Assembly (NCBI GenBank): GCA_947626885.1
Contig: CANQTX010000002.1
Coordinates: forward strand, 44,531 to 108,530
Length of the DNA stretch: 64,000 nucleotides
Direction: 5' to 3'
From: an uncultured Clostridia bacterium
GTDB taxonomy: Bacteria; Bacillota; Clostridia; TANB77; CAG-508
Shown here: positions 43,179 through 52,950 of the stretch, piece after piece
Layout: every line of letters starts with the position of its first letter
Position numbering within the stretch: the stretch's first letter is position 1
The notes under the pieces: generated by a model
Told to the model about the DNA's origin: nothing
The model's input: only the letters and a program-made list of their open reading frames with translations
The model's database searches: none
Position numbers and translations under genes: made by a program

Positions 43179-43976
43179 TTATAAATTTAAAGAATATATC
43201 ATTCCATCATTTTCAATATGTCCTGAAATTATTGCTTTTTCAAATTTATTATTCTTATAATCTACAGATGCCGTAATTATTAAACCTGATGGCTGTAATA
43301 TATCAATTTTCTGACTTTGCTTTTTTAAATAAGATTCAACCATACACACTGCTGTGCTTCCACTGCCACATGCTGTTTCATAAAATAATGTATCTATGTC
43401 CTTTACCCAAACGATTGGGTTTATTTTTATTTTTTCTTTTTCCTTTTCACAAAACATTACACCAACTGCTGAATTATTTACAAGATTATAATTATCAATC
43501 AAATTTCTTCCCATTTGTTTCAATTTATTTTTATTCCTTAAATACTTTTTAACTTTAAATTCTTGAATAACAATAATTGTAATTCCTTTCATCTCAACAA
43601 TAAAGACTCCATTTTCCTTTTCTGTAATAATGTTACTATTTTTATATAATGGTATTTCACACCAAGCTTTTTTATTTTTATCTATACCTGCTATAATGGT
43701 ATCTTTTGCATTGACACATATCTGTATTTTTCCTTGCATTCCATGTAAATAGTTATATGCAGCACTTCTCGTTGCATTTCCACAAAATTCTCCCCCTGCC
43801 ATTTGTAATTCCTTTTTTCCATTATTATTAATAAAACCCACTTGTTCAACATTTGTATGTTTCTTCATAATAGCATTATTAATCTTTTTCTTTATCGTTT
43901 TAGTATAGTTAGTACCATACACAAGTGCTGTATCATTGCCAGCTGGTTTATATATTGAATACTTAATTTGAATCAA
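43179..43976 (-). CDS. dapF: diaminopimelate epimerase family protein
   Basis: GNDT(ALV) N-terminal motif, two catalytic Cys contexts GGEFCGNATR and ETACGSGSTAV. Confidence 0.7.
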   Translation of the reverse strand: MIQIKYSIYKPAGNDTALVYGTNYTKTIKKKINNAIMKKHTNVEQVGFINNNGKKELQMAGGEFCGNATRSAAYNYLHGMQGKIQICVNAKDTIIAGIDKNKKAWCEIPLYKNSNIITEKENGVFIVEMKGITIIVIQEFKVKKYLRNKNKLKQMGRNLIDNYNLVNNSAVGVMFCEKEKEKIKINPIVWVKDIDTLFYETACGSGSTAVCMVESYLKKQSQKIDILQPSGLIITASVDYKNNKFEKAIISGHIENDGMIYSLNL

Positions 43977-44602
43977 TTTTTATCCCTCCAATTTTTCCTA
44001 TCTAATTTCTTTTTTGTATTCTTTGTAGAATCATTATCAATTTTATATATTTTTTAAACTTAATATTATCTAATAAAAAATAGATATACACAAAAGACTA
44101 TTTACAAAAATTTTCTTCCTACAAATAGTCTTTTTTAGTATATCTATGCTTAATATTCTTAAACTATCGTAGGTACAGCAATTTTAGCCTGCACCTACGC
44201 CATTTTTAGCAATAGTTACAAGCTTCTACGATAATGATGTAATTGGTTTAAAAATATTTTCAAATTCATAATGATTCCTCGTTACTTTTTTATGTATTGA
44301 AATTTACTGCAAACCCTCCTACAAAGTAAATAATGTTCATATGAGGGAATTCTGGCTCGGGTGGTGTAGATATCTACAACTCCGAAACCTCTTTGCGATT
44401 GATATAAATATCAATCAAGTTATTGTTAATATAACATAAATCTTACATTTTTTCAAGAAATATGAAAATTTTTTTATTTAGAATATGATATATTATATTT
44501 CATTTCTTTCTATAATTGTGTTACTTCGTTTTCTGCAAATCTTATTTATTAAATTATTTTCTTTATTCTATTTTAAACATCGCTTTTAAAATTCATTATC
44601 TA

Positions 44603-46273
44603 TTATTCTTTTATTTCTCCTTGTTCTAGATTTAATTCTTTTTCATCTTTTGTAACTTGTTCTTGAGCTTCTCTCTTTTTTATAGTAGGTGTAGTAATTG
44701 TTGCTTTTCCTATTTGTGGTTCTGTTATGCTATATCTTCCAGTTTGTACATCTTTAAAAAATTCATCTGTTTTTTGATCGTGAAAAAATTTTATTTTTTT
44801 AAAATCTTCTGCAAATTTTCCATTAACTTCTTTATCTTCTAATATTTTACTCTTTACTAATTCTCTAAATTCAATTATATATTCTTCATATCCATCAAAA
44901 TTTTGGATAGCTGATTTTCCTTCAGAAAGTAGCAAAATATCTTTAAAATCTTTTCCAGTATCTTTGTCTAATCTATCTAATATTTTCTCTTTATTCTTTA
45001 AGTTTTCTATAAATGTATTTATAAATTCTTTTTTATAATTTTCTGGTACAACTCTACCTGTCATTTTATATGCATCTTCAATAACCTTCATATTTGATGC
45101 AAATAAATATATTTGATTATAATATCTCGTTGCATTACATATAATATCTTTATAATGTTCGTCGTCTTCTTGTATATCCTTTTCGTATTCTAGTGTTTGG
45201 CTTATATCATCATAAGCATCATCACACATTTCCGCTGATAATGCAAAATCTTGCCTATGAACCCAATTATTATAAGAAAGATTTAAATTCATAAATCCTG
45301 CTAAGTTTTTTGCCATTGTTTTAGCATAATATGTAATATAATCTTGTTCTTGAGTTGATGTTGTATAATCTAATATAGATCGTACTTGTTCTTGCTTATT
45401 ATGATCAACAAAATATGCTAAATCCATTATTCTAAATGGATTCTCTAGTATTCTAGTTGTTTGTCCAAACATTGCTCCTAATTGATATTCTCTATCTTGT
45501 TTTCTTATAGCTGATTCTATGTTTGGAATATCTTTTATTTTTTCATAATCTTCTTGTGATAATTCTGAAAAATATTCTTCCCATGTTTGATTTTTCATGC
45601 TAATTGGTGTACCTTTTTCTTGCATATATTTTAAGCAAGTATACGCATAATTTCCAAAAGTGCCACCTGTTCTTTTTCTTGAAATTTTGTCATCTTCTAT
45701 AAGTTGTTCTAAATATTCCTTTGTAATTTTTATGCCTCGTGGTAAACCTACTTTTTTGCAAAATTCATCGCTGAATAAAGTTATATCTTCTAATTTTGGG
45801 AATTTTATTATTCCATATTTATCTTTTGCCTTTGTTTCTTCTTGTTTTTGTTTTTCATTAATTAAATTTTGTAATTGTGATGTTCCTCTGACTCTTATTT
45901 CTGATTTATATCCTGGCACACTCATTACAACAATTTGATACGGGCTTTTCTCATAACCTAACATTTCTGAAACATTATATATATCTGCATTAACTTTTCC
46001 AACTACAATGTTATCAACATCTTTTAGTCTTGAATCTACTCCTTTAAAATTTATAATCTCCCCATTTTCTCCTATTGTAAAAATTCCTCTTCCCATTGAA
46101 TATGTATTATATGCTAAACCATCAATATCTCCACTTTCAATTATTTTTTCGTATTCATCTTGTGAAATTGGCTGATATACTTTTACCCCTTCAACTTCTC
46201 TATAAATACCTGGAACTATTACTTTAGCTTCAACAAGCTGTTGTATTTTTTTATGTTCTTCTATTCTTGACAT
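44603..46273 (-). CDS. hypothetical 556-aa protein, no recognisable domain
   Basis: long ORF, host-like codon usage; acidic/K-rich C-terminal third. Confidence 0.6.
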   Translation of the reverse strand: MSRIEEHKKIQQLVEAKVIVPGIYREVEGVKVYQPISQDEYEKIIESGDIDGLAYNTYSMGRGIFTIGENGEIINFKGVDSRLKDVDNIVVGKVNADIYNVSEMLGYEKSPYQIVVMSVPGYKSEIRVRGTSQLQNLINEKQKQEETKAKDKYGIIKFPKLEDITLFSDEFCKKVGLPRGIKITKEYLEQLIEDDKISRKRTGGTFGNYAYTCLKYMQEKGTPISMKNQTWEEYFSELSQEDYEKIKDIPNIESAIRKQDREYQLGAMFGQTTRILENPFRIMDLAYFVDHNKQEQVRSILDYTTSTQEQDYITYYAKTMAKNLAGFMNLNLSYNNWVHRQDFALSAEMCDDAYDDISQTLEYEKDIQEDDEHYKDIICNATRYYNQIYLFASNMKVIEDAYKMTGRVVPENYKKEFINTFIENLKNKEKILDRLDKDTGKDFKDILLLSEGKSAIQNFDGYEEYIIEFRELVKSKILEDKEVNGKFAEDFKKIKFFHDQKTDEFFKDVQTGRYSITEPQIGKATITTPTIKKREAQEQVTKDEKELNLEQGEIKE

Positions 46274-46289
46274 CTATATCACACTTTCC

Positions 46290-46590
46290 TACATTTTTTT
46301 ATTTATCTTTAAATCTTTTATTCTATTTGTTGTTCATCTCGTGCTACTTGTTTTCTTGCTTTGTCTTTTAGTTTGGTTGGCACATTAATTGTTGCCTTGC
46401 TTATCTATTGTTCAGTAATACTATATCTCCTCGTTTGCATATCTTCAAAAAATTCAGTTGATTTTTGGTCGTGAAAAAAACTTACTTTTTCTTCAATTAT
46501 TTGTGCACTTATTATTCTAGCAATACATTTTCTAGTTATTTGCTCAATTATCCATTTTTCTTGTACATTCATCTGCATTTTTCCCAAAAC
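46290..46590 (-). pseudogene. decayed duplicate of the 3' end of the 556-aa gene
   Basis: ORF 46405-46587 gives ...VSFFHDQKSTEFFEDMQTRRYSITEQ matching KFFHDQKTDEFFKDVQTGRYSITEPQ of 44603-46273; nucleotide similarity continues past the stop in a shifted frame (ISKATINVPT.. vs IGKATITTPT..). Confidence 0.55.
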
Positions 46591-46596
46591 TTTATA

Positions 46597-47061
46597 TTAT
46601 TTATCAATATAAAAAATTTTTTTAAAGAAACTTATTATTTTTTCATAAAATTTTTCTTTTTTTATTTCTATTGGTAAGTTATTACTATTAGTGTTTTTTT
46701 GTTTTACTTCTTTTTCTGTTTTATCAATTTCTCTTGTTTTAAAAATATCACTATTATATTTTGCACGTTTTTCTTCTTCGATTTTTTGTCTATCATATCT
46801 TTCTTTAGCTTGTATTCTTTTTTTTTGATATGGTGTAGCCCAATAATCTCTAAATATATTAGCAAATATTGCTTTTGTTTCCTCTAATAATTCTTGTTCT
46901 TCAAAGCTCTTATTTATATCAACCAAAAAATTATAAGTGTTATCCATTTTAGTATTAAACGTATCAATCATTGTCTGTGGTATTTTATCAACACTTTCTT
47001 TTGGTACATATTTTAATATCTCCATTACTTCTTTATAGGCTTTAGGATAATTATTCTCCAT
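46597..47061 (-). CDS. hypothetical K/E-rich protein
   Basis: 154 aa ORF directly upstream of the gene fragment. Confidence 0.45.
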   Translation of the reverse strand: MENNYPKAYKEVMEILKYVPKESVDKIPQTMIDTFNTKMDNTYNFLVDINKSFEEQELLEETKAIFANIFRDYWATPYQKKRIQAKERYDRQKIEEEKRAKYNSDIFKTREIDKTEKEVKQKNTNSNNLPIEIKKEKFYEKIISFFKKIFYIDK

Positions 47062-47343
47062 CTAAACTTACTCCTTTTTCTTTGGTATTCTAACTATATC
47101 TATTATCTAAATTTCTTCATTATTTCTCCATTTTGATTCTCCTATAAATCACTCATTAAATTTATTATATATTATTTCTTACAAAAAATAAAGAATATCT
47201 TAATAATTTAATCAATATCTTCTTATTCTTTAAATATCTAACATATCTTGTTTTCCAAAAAGTATATAAAACTCTTTATTTTATATATAAATCAATTCAT
47301 TAAAAACATTTTCTTGTGCGTTATGGGTTGATTTTTTTAAAAC

Positions 47344-47373
47344 AAAAAATCAACCAGTTTAACTGATTGATTT
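47344..47373 (-). terminator. rho-independent terminator downstream of tRNA-Gln
   Basis: minus strand AAATCAATCAG-TTAAA-CTGGTTGATTT followed by TTTTTGTTTT. Confidence 0.65.
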
Positions 47374-47411
47374 ATATCTTCTGTTCTATAAAGTTCGAAC
47401 AGAAACTTCGC

Positions 47412-47486
47412 TGGCTGGGGTGGTAAGATTCGAACTTACGAATGATCGGGTCAGAGCCGATTGCCTTACCACTTGGCGACACCCCA
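47412..47486 (-). tRNA. tRNA-Gln (anticodon CUG)
   Basis: minus strand TGGGGTGTCGCCAAGTGGTAAGGCAATCGGCTCTGACCCGATCATTCGTAAGTTCGAATCTTACCACCCCAGCCA: cloverleaf with anticodon stem ATCGG/CCGAT, loop CTCTGAC, T-loop GTTCGAATC, encoded CCA. Confidence 0.85.
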
Positions 47487-47666
47487 ATATTTATGTTTAT
47501 CATATCATATCTTTATAGGTTTGTCTATACATTTTAAATTATTATTAACTCACTTCACATCAAAAGAACAAAAGGAAAAAATTTCTATTAAAAATTAAAA
47601 ATTCTATAGACTTTTTTTTAATTTTTATATATGATGTTATTATCGTAAAAAACAGGAGGGGTTCAT

Positions 47667-48014
47667 ATGTCAAAAAAAATAACCTTTATTTTATCGGTAT
47701 GTCTTATTTTTATCAGTTTTAATGTACTATATGTTGTAAGAGCAACATCTCTCGAAGATAATGAACAAACTAATTCAACTATAGTCACGGAAGAGGATGA
47801 GGAAACAAACACTACAAATAATACAACTACCAACACACCTACACCTTCTTCTTCAACCTTTTTGACCAATAATGGTGTTACAAGCGTTAGTACTGTTTCA
47901 GACTATTCAGAAGCTAATTTAGGACTAAATAATATTTTAAATATCATCTTAATTGCTATTGGTGTGTTAATTATTTTATTTGCAATAGCTATATTAATTC
48001 GTCTAAAACATTAA
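47667..48014 (+). CDS. small Thr/Asn-rich secreted/membrane-anchored protein
   Basis: 115 aa; N-terminal signal-like helix, low-complexity T/N-rich middle, C-terminal TM anchor; GGAGGGG RBS. Confidence 0.5.
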   Translation: MSKKITFILSVCLIFISFNVLYVVRATSLEDNEQTNSTIVTEEDEETNTTNNTTTNTPTPSSSTFLTNNGVTSVSTVSDYSEANLGLNNILNIILIAIGVLIILFAIAILIRLKH

Positions 48015-48205
48015 TCCTAGAAATGATTATCTAATAATGATGAATATACTCTATTATAAAAAGAAAAGCATTATATAAAAATTAAATACTTTATTTTAAA
48101 AGTAATTTATCTGTTTATATAATGCTTTTTACTTATTTATTTTTTACAAAATAAATAGCAAATTTTAAAAATCCTATTTTTTCAAATGATTCTTAAAAAT
48201 AATTA

Positions 48206-48661
48206 TTAAGAATCATTATTTTGTGTTGCATAATACCAGATTGCTGCAATAATAATAATTGCTGCAACAGCTAAAATAATCCACATCCATGTTGTTGTTG
48301 ACATGGTACCTGTTCCTACCGCTGTTCCTTCTGTTGTTGTTCTTGTTGCATTATAATCTCCTGCATTTGTTCCCGTCATATTTACGACACCATTTTTTGC
48401 ATCATCCATTCCGGTTTTAACACCATTTTCGCCATCTTTTACAGTGTCTTTTGCATCATTTACCATATTACCTGAAAATACATTATCAGTGACGTTTCTA
48501 GCACTTTGTCCTGCTTTATCTAAAGATTCTGTTATTTCATTTCCTAAATTGATTGTTTCTCCACCTTTATCGTCTGCTGCAAAACATAAACCACAACATA
48601 ATGAAAGAACTATGATAGTTAGACCAGCTATTAAACTTTTCTTTGCCATAATTACCTCCAT
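48206..48661 (-). CDS. small Gly/Thr-rich secreted protein with C-terminal TM anchor
   Basis: 151 aa; signal peptide with LCCGLCFAAD, C-terminal hydrophobic anchor. Confidence 0.5.
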   Translation of the reverse strand: MEVIMAKKSLIAGLTIIVLSLCCGLCFAADDKGGETINLGNEITESLDKAGQSARNVTDNVFSGNMVNDAKDTVKDGENGVKTGMDDAKNGVVNMTGTNAGDYNATRTTTEGTAVGTGTMSTTTWMWIILAVAAIIIIAAIWYYATQNNDS

Positions 48662-48753
48662 TAAAAGCCATTTTTTAATCTTTTATATGAAAAATTTTTC
48701 ATATAGTTTTAGTATTGTTTATTACGGCAAAAATATGCTAGCAAATTTTGAAA

Positions 48754-49432
48754 TTAATTTTTGTTGGTAATATGAATTTGACTTACTTCAACATTTAATT
48801 CTCTTGAAACAATATTTTGAATTTTAGCAATTTGTTCTTGACTTAAGATTGCACTTTTTACAACAACAGTTACTATTCCATTATTTACCAAAATAACAAC
48901 ATCTTCAAAATCTTTATTTTTAATTAAATTTTCTGCAATCATAGTACCATTTTTAATATTGGTTATATTTGTAATTTCTTGTGTTGCAATTGTTTTTTGA
49001 TCTGCTGGTACTTCATTACTTTCAATCATCTTTTGATATGTTTCTAACATTTCAGAAAACATATTATCTCTTTCTAATTTTGTTTCTGCAAAATAATTAT
49101 CTTGCTGTATAGAATTTTGCATATTGGTATTTGTTTCTACATTTGTATTATCTGTAACTATATTTGTACTTGCTGTTCCTATAATGGCTTGATTGGAAAC
49201 AATGGCGCCTCCGAGCAACATTTTGAATTTCATTTTCCTCACTTACAGGTTCTGTGTTTACTAATTGAACATCTCCAATATTGCTTTCATTAGCATTAGC
49301 AGATACCTCCATAATTTCTCTTTCTCCTAAATTATAATTTAAATATCCAATCGCTATTAACGTAACAGCTATACAAATTAATGTCATTTGTTTTATTTTT
49401 TCTTTTTTCATTCTAATTCTCTCCCATCTCAA
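48754..49432 (-). CDS. spoIIIAH: stage III sporulation protein AH, apparently split by a frameshift (ORFs 49148-49432 and 48754-49242)
   Basis: upstream ORF carries the N-terminal TM (MTLICIAVTLIAIGYLNYN), downstream ORF carries the C-terminal YscJ-like domain (VILVNNGIVTVVVKSAILSQEQIAKIQNIV); frames differ. Confidence 0.6.
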
Positions 49433-49988
49433 AAACTTGGATTTTATGTGTTGCTATCCCTGTAGCAGCTTCTACCGCTGCTATAATATTACTTTTAATC
49501 GTTGAATCTGAAGCACCTTCGGCTGTAATAATAGCACCTTCAATCTTAGGCATTGTTATTTTCTCAGTAACAACATTAGAGGAACCATCTGTGATAACAT
49601 CTTGAGCATTTGTTTTCGTTTCTGTCGTTCTTTTGCCACCAGAAGTATCTGTTTCTTCAACAGTACTTGTACTTGTATTCACATTATATAAAGGAACTAT
49701 CGCACTACTTTCAGAATATGTAATTAACACCGAAACTCTTCCAACACCATTTATTTTGGTTAAGATATTTTCAATTCTTTTTTCTAATTCATTCGATACG
49801 TTGTTAGACATATCAGTACTTTTAGTTGCTAATTCCACTCCCACTGTGTTTTTAAAATCTTCTGTTTTTTCGTCATCTTTTAAGATTTTATTAATGATGA
49901 GCAATGTTATGACTAAAATAATTAAAAAAACAACTAAATTTTCTACTCTTTTTTCTTTATTTTGAAAAATTTTTTTTAATTTTTCCAT
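49413..49988 (-). CDS. spoIIIAG: stage III sporulation protein AG
   Basis: N-terminal TM, size and operon position between AF and AH. Confidence 0.75.
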   Translation of the reverse strand: MEKLKKIFQNKEKRVENLVVFLIILVITLLIINKILKDDEKTEDFKNTVGVELATKSTDMSNNVSNELEKRIENILTKINGVGRVSVLITYSESSAIVPLYNVNTSTSTVEETDTSGGKRTTETKTNAQDVITDGSSNVVTEKITMPKIEGAIITAEGASDSTIKSNIIAAVEAATGIATHKIQVFEMGEN

Positions 49989-50026
49989 CTTTTTACGCCT
50001 CCTTTTTTTGAAACTTCAAAAATCAG

Positions 50027-50542
50027 TTATTGTAGTATAATATTTTCTATCTCTACACCATATCTTTCCGACACATATTCTTTTAATGGAGCATCTTCTT
50101 TTACATGATTTTCACTATTTTTTCCTATATAGATGGGATTTATCATAATAATATTTTGGTCAGACTCTCCTTTTTGTATTATAATTTTTTCAATTGTCTC
50201 ATAACTATTATCCACATAAATTGTTACTTTTTGTATTGGATATCCTTGCTGATTTAAATCTTCTTTTATAGATGTTTCTATTCCTTTTATATAAACATCT
50301 TTTACGGAAGAATTCATATCTGTTTCTGTTTTTATTGTTTCTCCTTGCCACAAATGTTCAAAATCAATTTTTGCATTATTCTTTTGCAATATCGGATTTA
50401 ATATGACAAATATAATATAAATGCCAATTATTATTTTTACATATTTTTTACTATTTCCTTCTGGTAAAATAGATTCGATAATAAGAGAAATCATAATGGC
50501 TACAATAATACCTTCGCACCAAGTTTTCATAAATTTTACCAT
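50027..50542 (-). CDS. spoIIIAF: stage III sporulation protein AF
   Basis: 171 aa, two N-terminal TM helices, operon position. Confidence 0.75.
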   Translation of the reverse strand: MVKFMKTWCEGIIVAIMISLIIESILPEGNSKKYVKIIIGIYIIFVILNPILQKNNAKIDFEHLWQGETIKTETDMNSSVKDVYIKGIETSIKEDLNQQGYPIQKVTIYVDNSYETIEKIIIQKGESDQNIIMINPIYIGKNSENHVKEDAPLKEYVSERYGVEIENIILQ

Positions 50543-50615
50543 AATAACCTCCCTGATATTACCATAATTTCTATTAATTAACTTTTTACTGTTTGTATGC
50601 TTTCAAGTTTTTATA

Positions 50616-51692
50616 CTAACGATACATCAATGCACTATTGGTTATTTTTATAACAATAGTAATACCTACAATAAACATTACAGATATAGAAAATAATATT
50701 GCTAATAAAATTTTATATCCATCTGCTATTTGCTCAATCAGCTTGACAATTTTTCCATCTGCCACAACTTCACAAATAGCAGAAGTTAGTTGAAATGATA
50801 TCCATAATGCCAGAATTTTTATCATTGGCATAAGAACAATTCCTAAGATAATAATAATTCCAATTATTCCCACTGAATTCTTTAAAATATTACCACAACC
50901 GATTACAGTTTCTACTGCATCTCCCATAATTTTTCCCACAACTGGTATAAAATTGGATACAGCTGCTTTTGCGGTTTTAGAAGTTAAACCATCGACAGAA
51001 CTACTTAATGTTCCTTCAGCAGAAAGTAAACATACAAAAATTGTTAAAACAACGCCTAATATCCATACAATAGAAGACTTTAAAAATTTTGATAGCTTGT
51101 CTATTTGTATTTTATCCGAAACATTCGATATAATGCTTAACGTAATAGAAATTAATAATAATGGAATAATAAAACCATCTAAAAAATTTCCTATAAAATT
51201 TATAAAAAATAATATAATGGGTTGAATGATAGAACTAGACACAATATTTCCCGTTGTTAACATTAATGTTATTAATAAAGGTACTAATAAATTCATAAAA
51301 GCAATAATATTGTTTATGGCTTCCTTGGTAATATCTAACACAGAAACAAAGGTATGAATAACAACAGATACAATTACTAAATATTGTATCAAATAAACAA
51401 TTTGACTAGATGAAGAATTACCCAAATTTTCTACAATTGCTTTAAAAATACTATGTATAATAACAATAATTAATACACTTACCATTAGTTGTATTGCTAC
51501 TGTTACTTCATTATTGACTATAGTACCAATTCCAGAAAATATACTTTCATGATCTATTTTTCCAGCAATTGCTTGAGAAAACAGGTTACTAAAATCCAAA
51601 TTGGGAAAACTACTTTCTGTATATGCTTTTGCAGAAGCTAAAAAATCTGAAATGCCTAATGTATTCTTTTGTGATTCGATAAACTCTTCCAT
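50616..51692 (-). CDS. spoIIIAE: stage III sporulation protein AE
   Basis: 358 aa polytopic membrane protein, operon position. Confidence 0.85.
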   Translation of the reverse strand: MEEFIESQKNTLGISDFLASAKAYTESSFPNLDFSNLFSQAIAGKIDHESIFSGIGTIVNNEVTVAIQLMVSVLIIVIIHSIFKAIVENLGNSSSSQIVYLIQYLVIVSVVIHTFVSVLDITKEAINNIIAFMNLLVPLLITLMLTTGNIVSSSIIQPIILFFINFIGNFLDGFIIPLLLISITLSIISNVSDKIQIDKLSKFLKSSIVWILGVVLTIFVCLLSAEGTLSSSVDGLTSKTAKAAVSNFIPVVGKIMGDAVETVIGCGNILKNSVGIIGIIIILGIVLMPMIKILALWISFQLTSAICEVVADGKIVKLIEQIADGYKILLAILFSISVMFIVGITIVIKITNSALMYR

Positions 51693-51770
51693 TATTTTCC
51701 TCTCTTTTGTATTTTTTACGATTCATGTTATCCTTTATCAATTTGCGTTTCGATTTTTTAAAATCCAATT

Positions 51771-52157
51771 TCAAGGTAGTAAATTGGTTAATGTTTCTAA
51801 AGTTGTTGCAATAACAGGAATTGATAAAGATATCACAATGATTTTTCCTCCAAAATCAATTTTATTAGCAATAGCATTTTCCCCTGTGTCTTTACAAATG
51901 CTCACTGCATACTCTGTTAATATTGAAATTCCAGTGATTTTTAGCAATAATGTAATAAATTGATTATGATACTGGGATTGACTCGATAAATCATTTATAA
52001 AATCAATAATGGCTTGTATCATATGCATCGAAAAAAATATAATGATGGCACCACCTATTAATACTGGAAAAATAGCATATTCCTTTTTATATTGTTTTAA
52101 AATAATTGTAACAATTAACGTGATAAATCCAATGCCAATTATTTTAACGATTTCCAT
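51771..52157 (-). CDS. spoIIIAD: stage III sporulation protein AD
   Basis: 128 aa, 4 TM, MEIVKIIGIGFITLIV.. Confidence 0.8.
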   Translation of the reverse strand: MEIVKIIGIGFITLIVTIILKQYKKEYAIFPVLIGGAIIIFFSMHMIQAIIDFINDLSSQSQYHNQFITLLLKITGISILTEYAVSICKDTGENAIANKIDFGGKIIVISLSIPVIATTLETLTNLLP

Positions 52158-52351
52158 TATAAATTAAACACCGTCCTTACTGTTACAAATAAAGAGCTTA
52201 TCTCCTTGATTACCATTGTTAAAACAATTACCATACCTGCTAACGTTGTCATCATTGCTTGGTCTTCTCTTCCCGCTCTTGATAATACTTGATGTAACAC
52301 GGCAACTAAAATACCTATACCAGCAATTTTTAATAATAAATCGATTTCCAT
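52157..52351 (-). CDS. spoIIIAC: stage III sporulation protein AC
   Basis: 64 aa, LKIAGIGILVAVLHQVL resembles SpoIIIAC. Confidence 0.8.
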   Translation of the reverse strand: MEIDLLLKIAGIGILVAVLHQVLSRAGREDQAMMTTLAGMVIVLTMVIKEISSLFVTVRTVFNL

Positions 52352-52424
52352 AATTTTATCCTTCTTTTTATTAAAAATAAATGAGGTACATAAAATATAC
52401 TTTACTATTTATGCCCCATGCTAT

Positions 52425-52937
52425 TTATATTAAAATAATGGCTATTCCCAGTCCCAAAACAGTTCCTAAAGTTTTATATAGCTTTGTATTTTTATCTTTT
52501 TCTTGTTCTGCTTTTTCAATTTGGTTTGCCAATAAAACACTTGTTAACTGAATTTCACTAATTTGTCCTTGTTTATCTGTTTTACCTAAAAGTTTTCCTA
52601 ACATTTTCATAGTTTCTTTATCTTCTAAAGAAAGATTATGATTGCTATCATCTATTGCCATATACCACGCTTGAGAAACATTTTGTGTCGCCATTTCCTT
52701 TACTGTTTCTTGAAAAATATTTTTTTTATCCTGATATATGACACAAGAAATTTCCTCAAAAATATCTTTAATAGGTTCATAGGTAAATTCAATTTTACTC
52801 TTAAACATAGCTAAAGCATTTTGTATTTGCTTTAATGCCATAACTCTATTATCAAATGTTTTAGCTTTTATCATTCCTAAATAAGAACAGATTCCTATAA
52901 TGGCTAAAATTGTTATACCTTTTAGTATTATTAGCAT
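52425..52937 (-). CDS. spoIIIAB: stage III sporulation protein AB
   Basis: 170 aa, N- and C-terminal TM, operon position. Confidence 0.8.
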   Translation of the reverse strand: MLIILKGITILAIIGICSYLGMIKAKTFDNRVMALKQIQNALAMFKSKIEFTYEPIKDIFEEISCVIYQDKKNIFQETVKEMATQNVSQAWYMAIDDSNHNLSLEDKETMKMLGKLLGKTDKQGQISEIQLTSVLLANQIEKAEQEKDKNTKLYKTLGTVLGLGIAIILI

Positions 52938-52950
52938 TTTTTATCTTCTC

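Noticed and set aside
44330-44400. Possible T-box or L-box riboswitch (GGGTGGTG..., AGAGG..., GGAGGG motifs)
   Set aside because: Only short fragments resemble the T-box antiterminator or L-box cores. The spacing does not fit either consensus. It is kept only as an unexplained structured region pending an Rfam scan.
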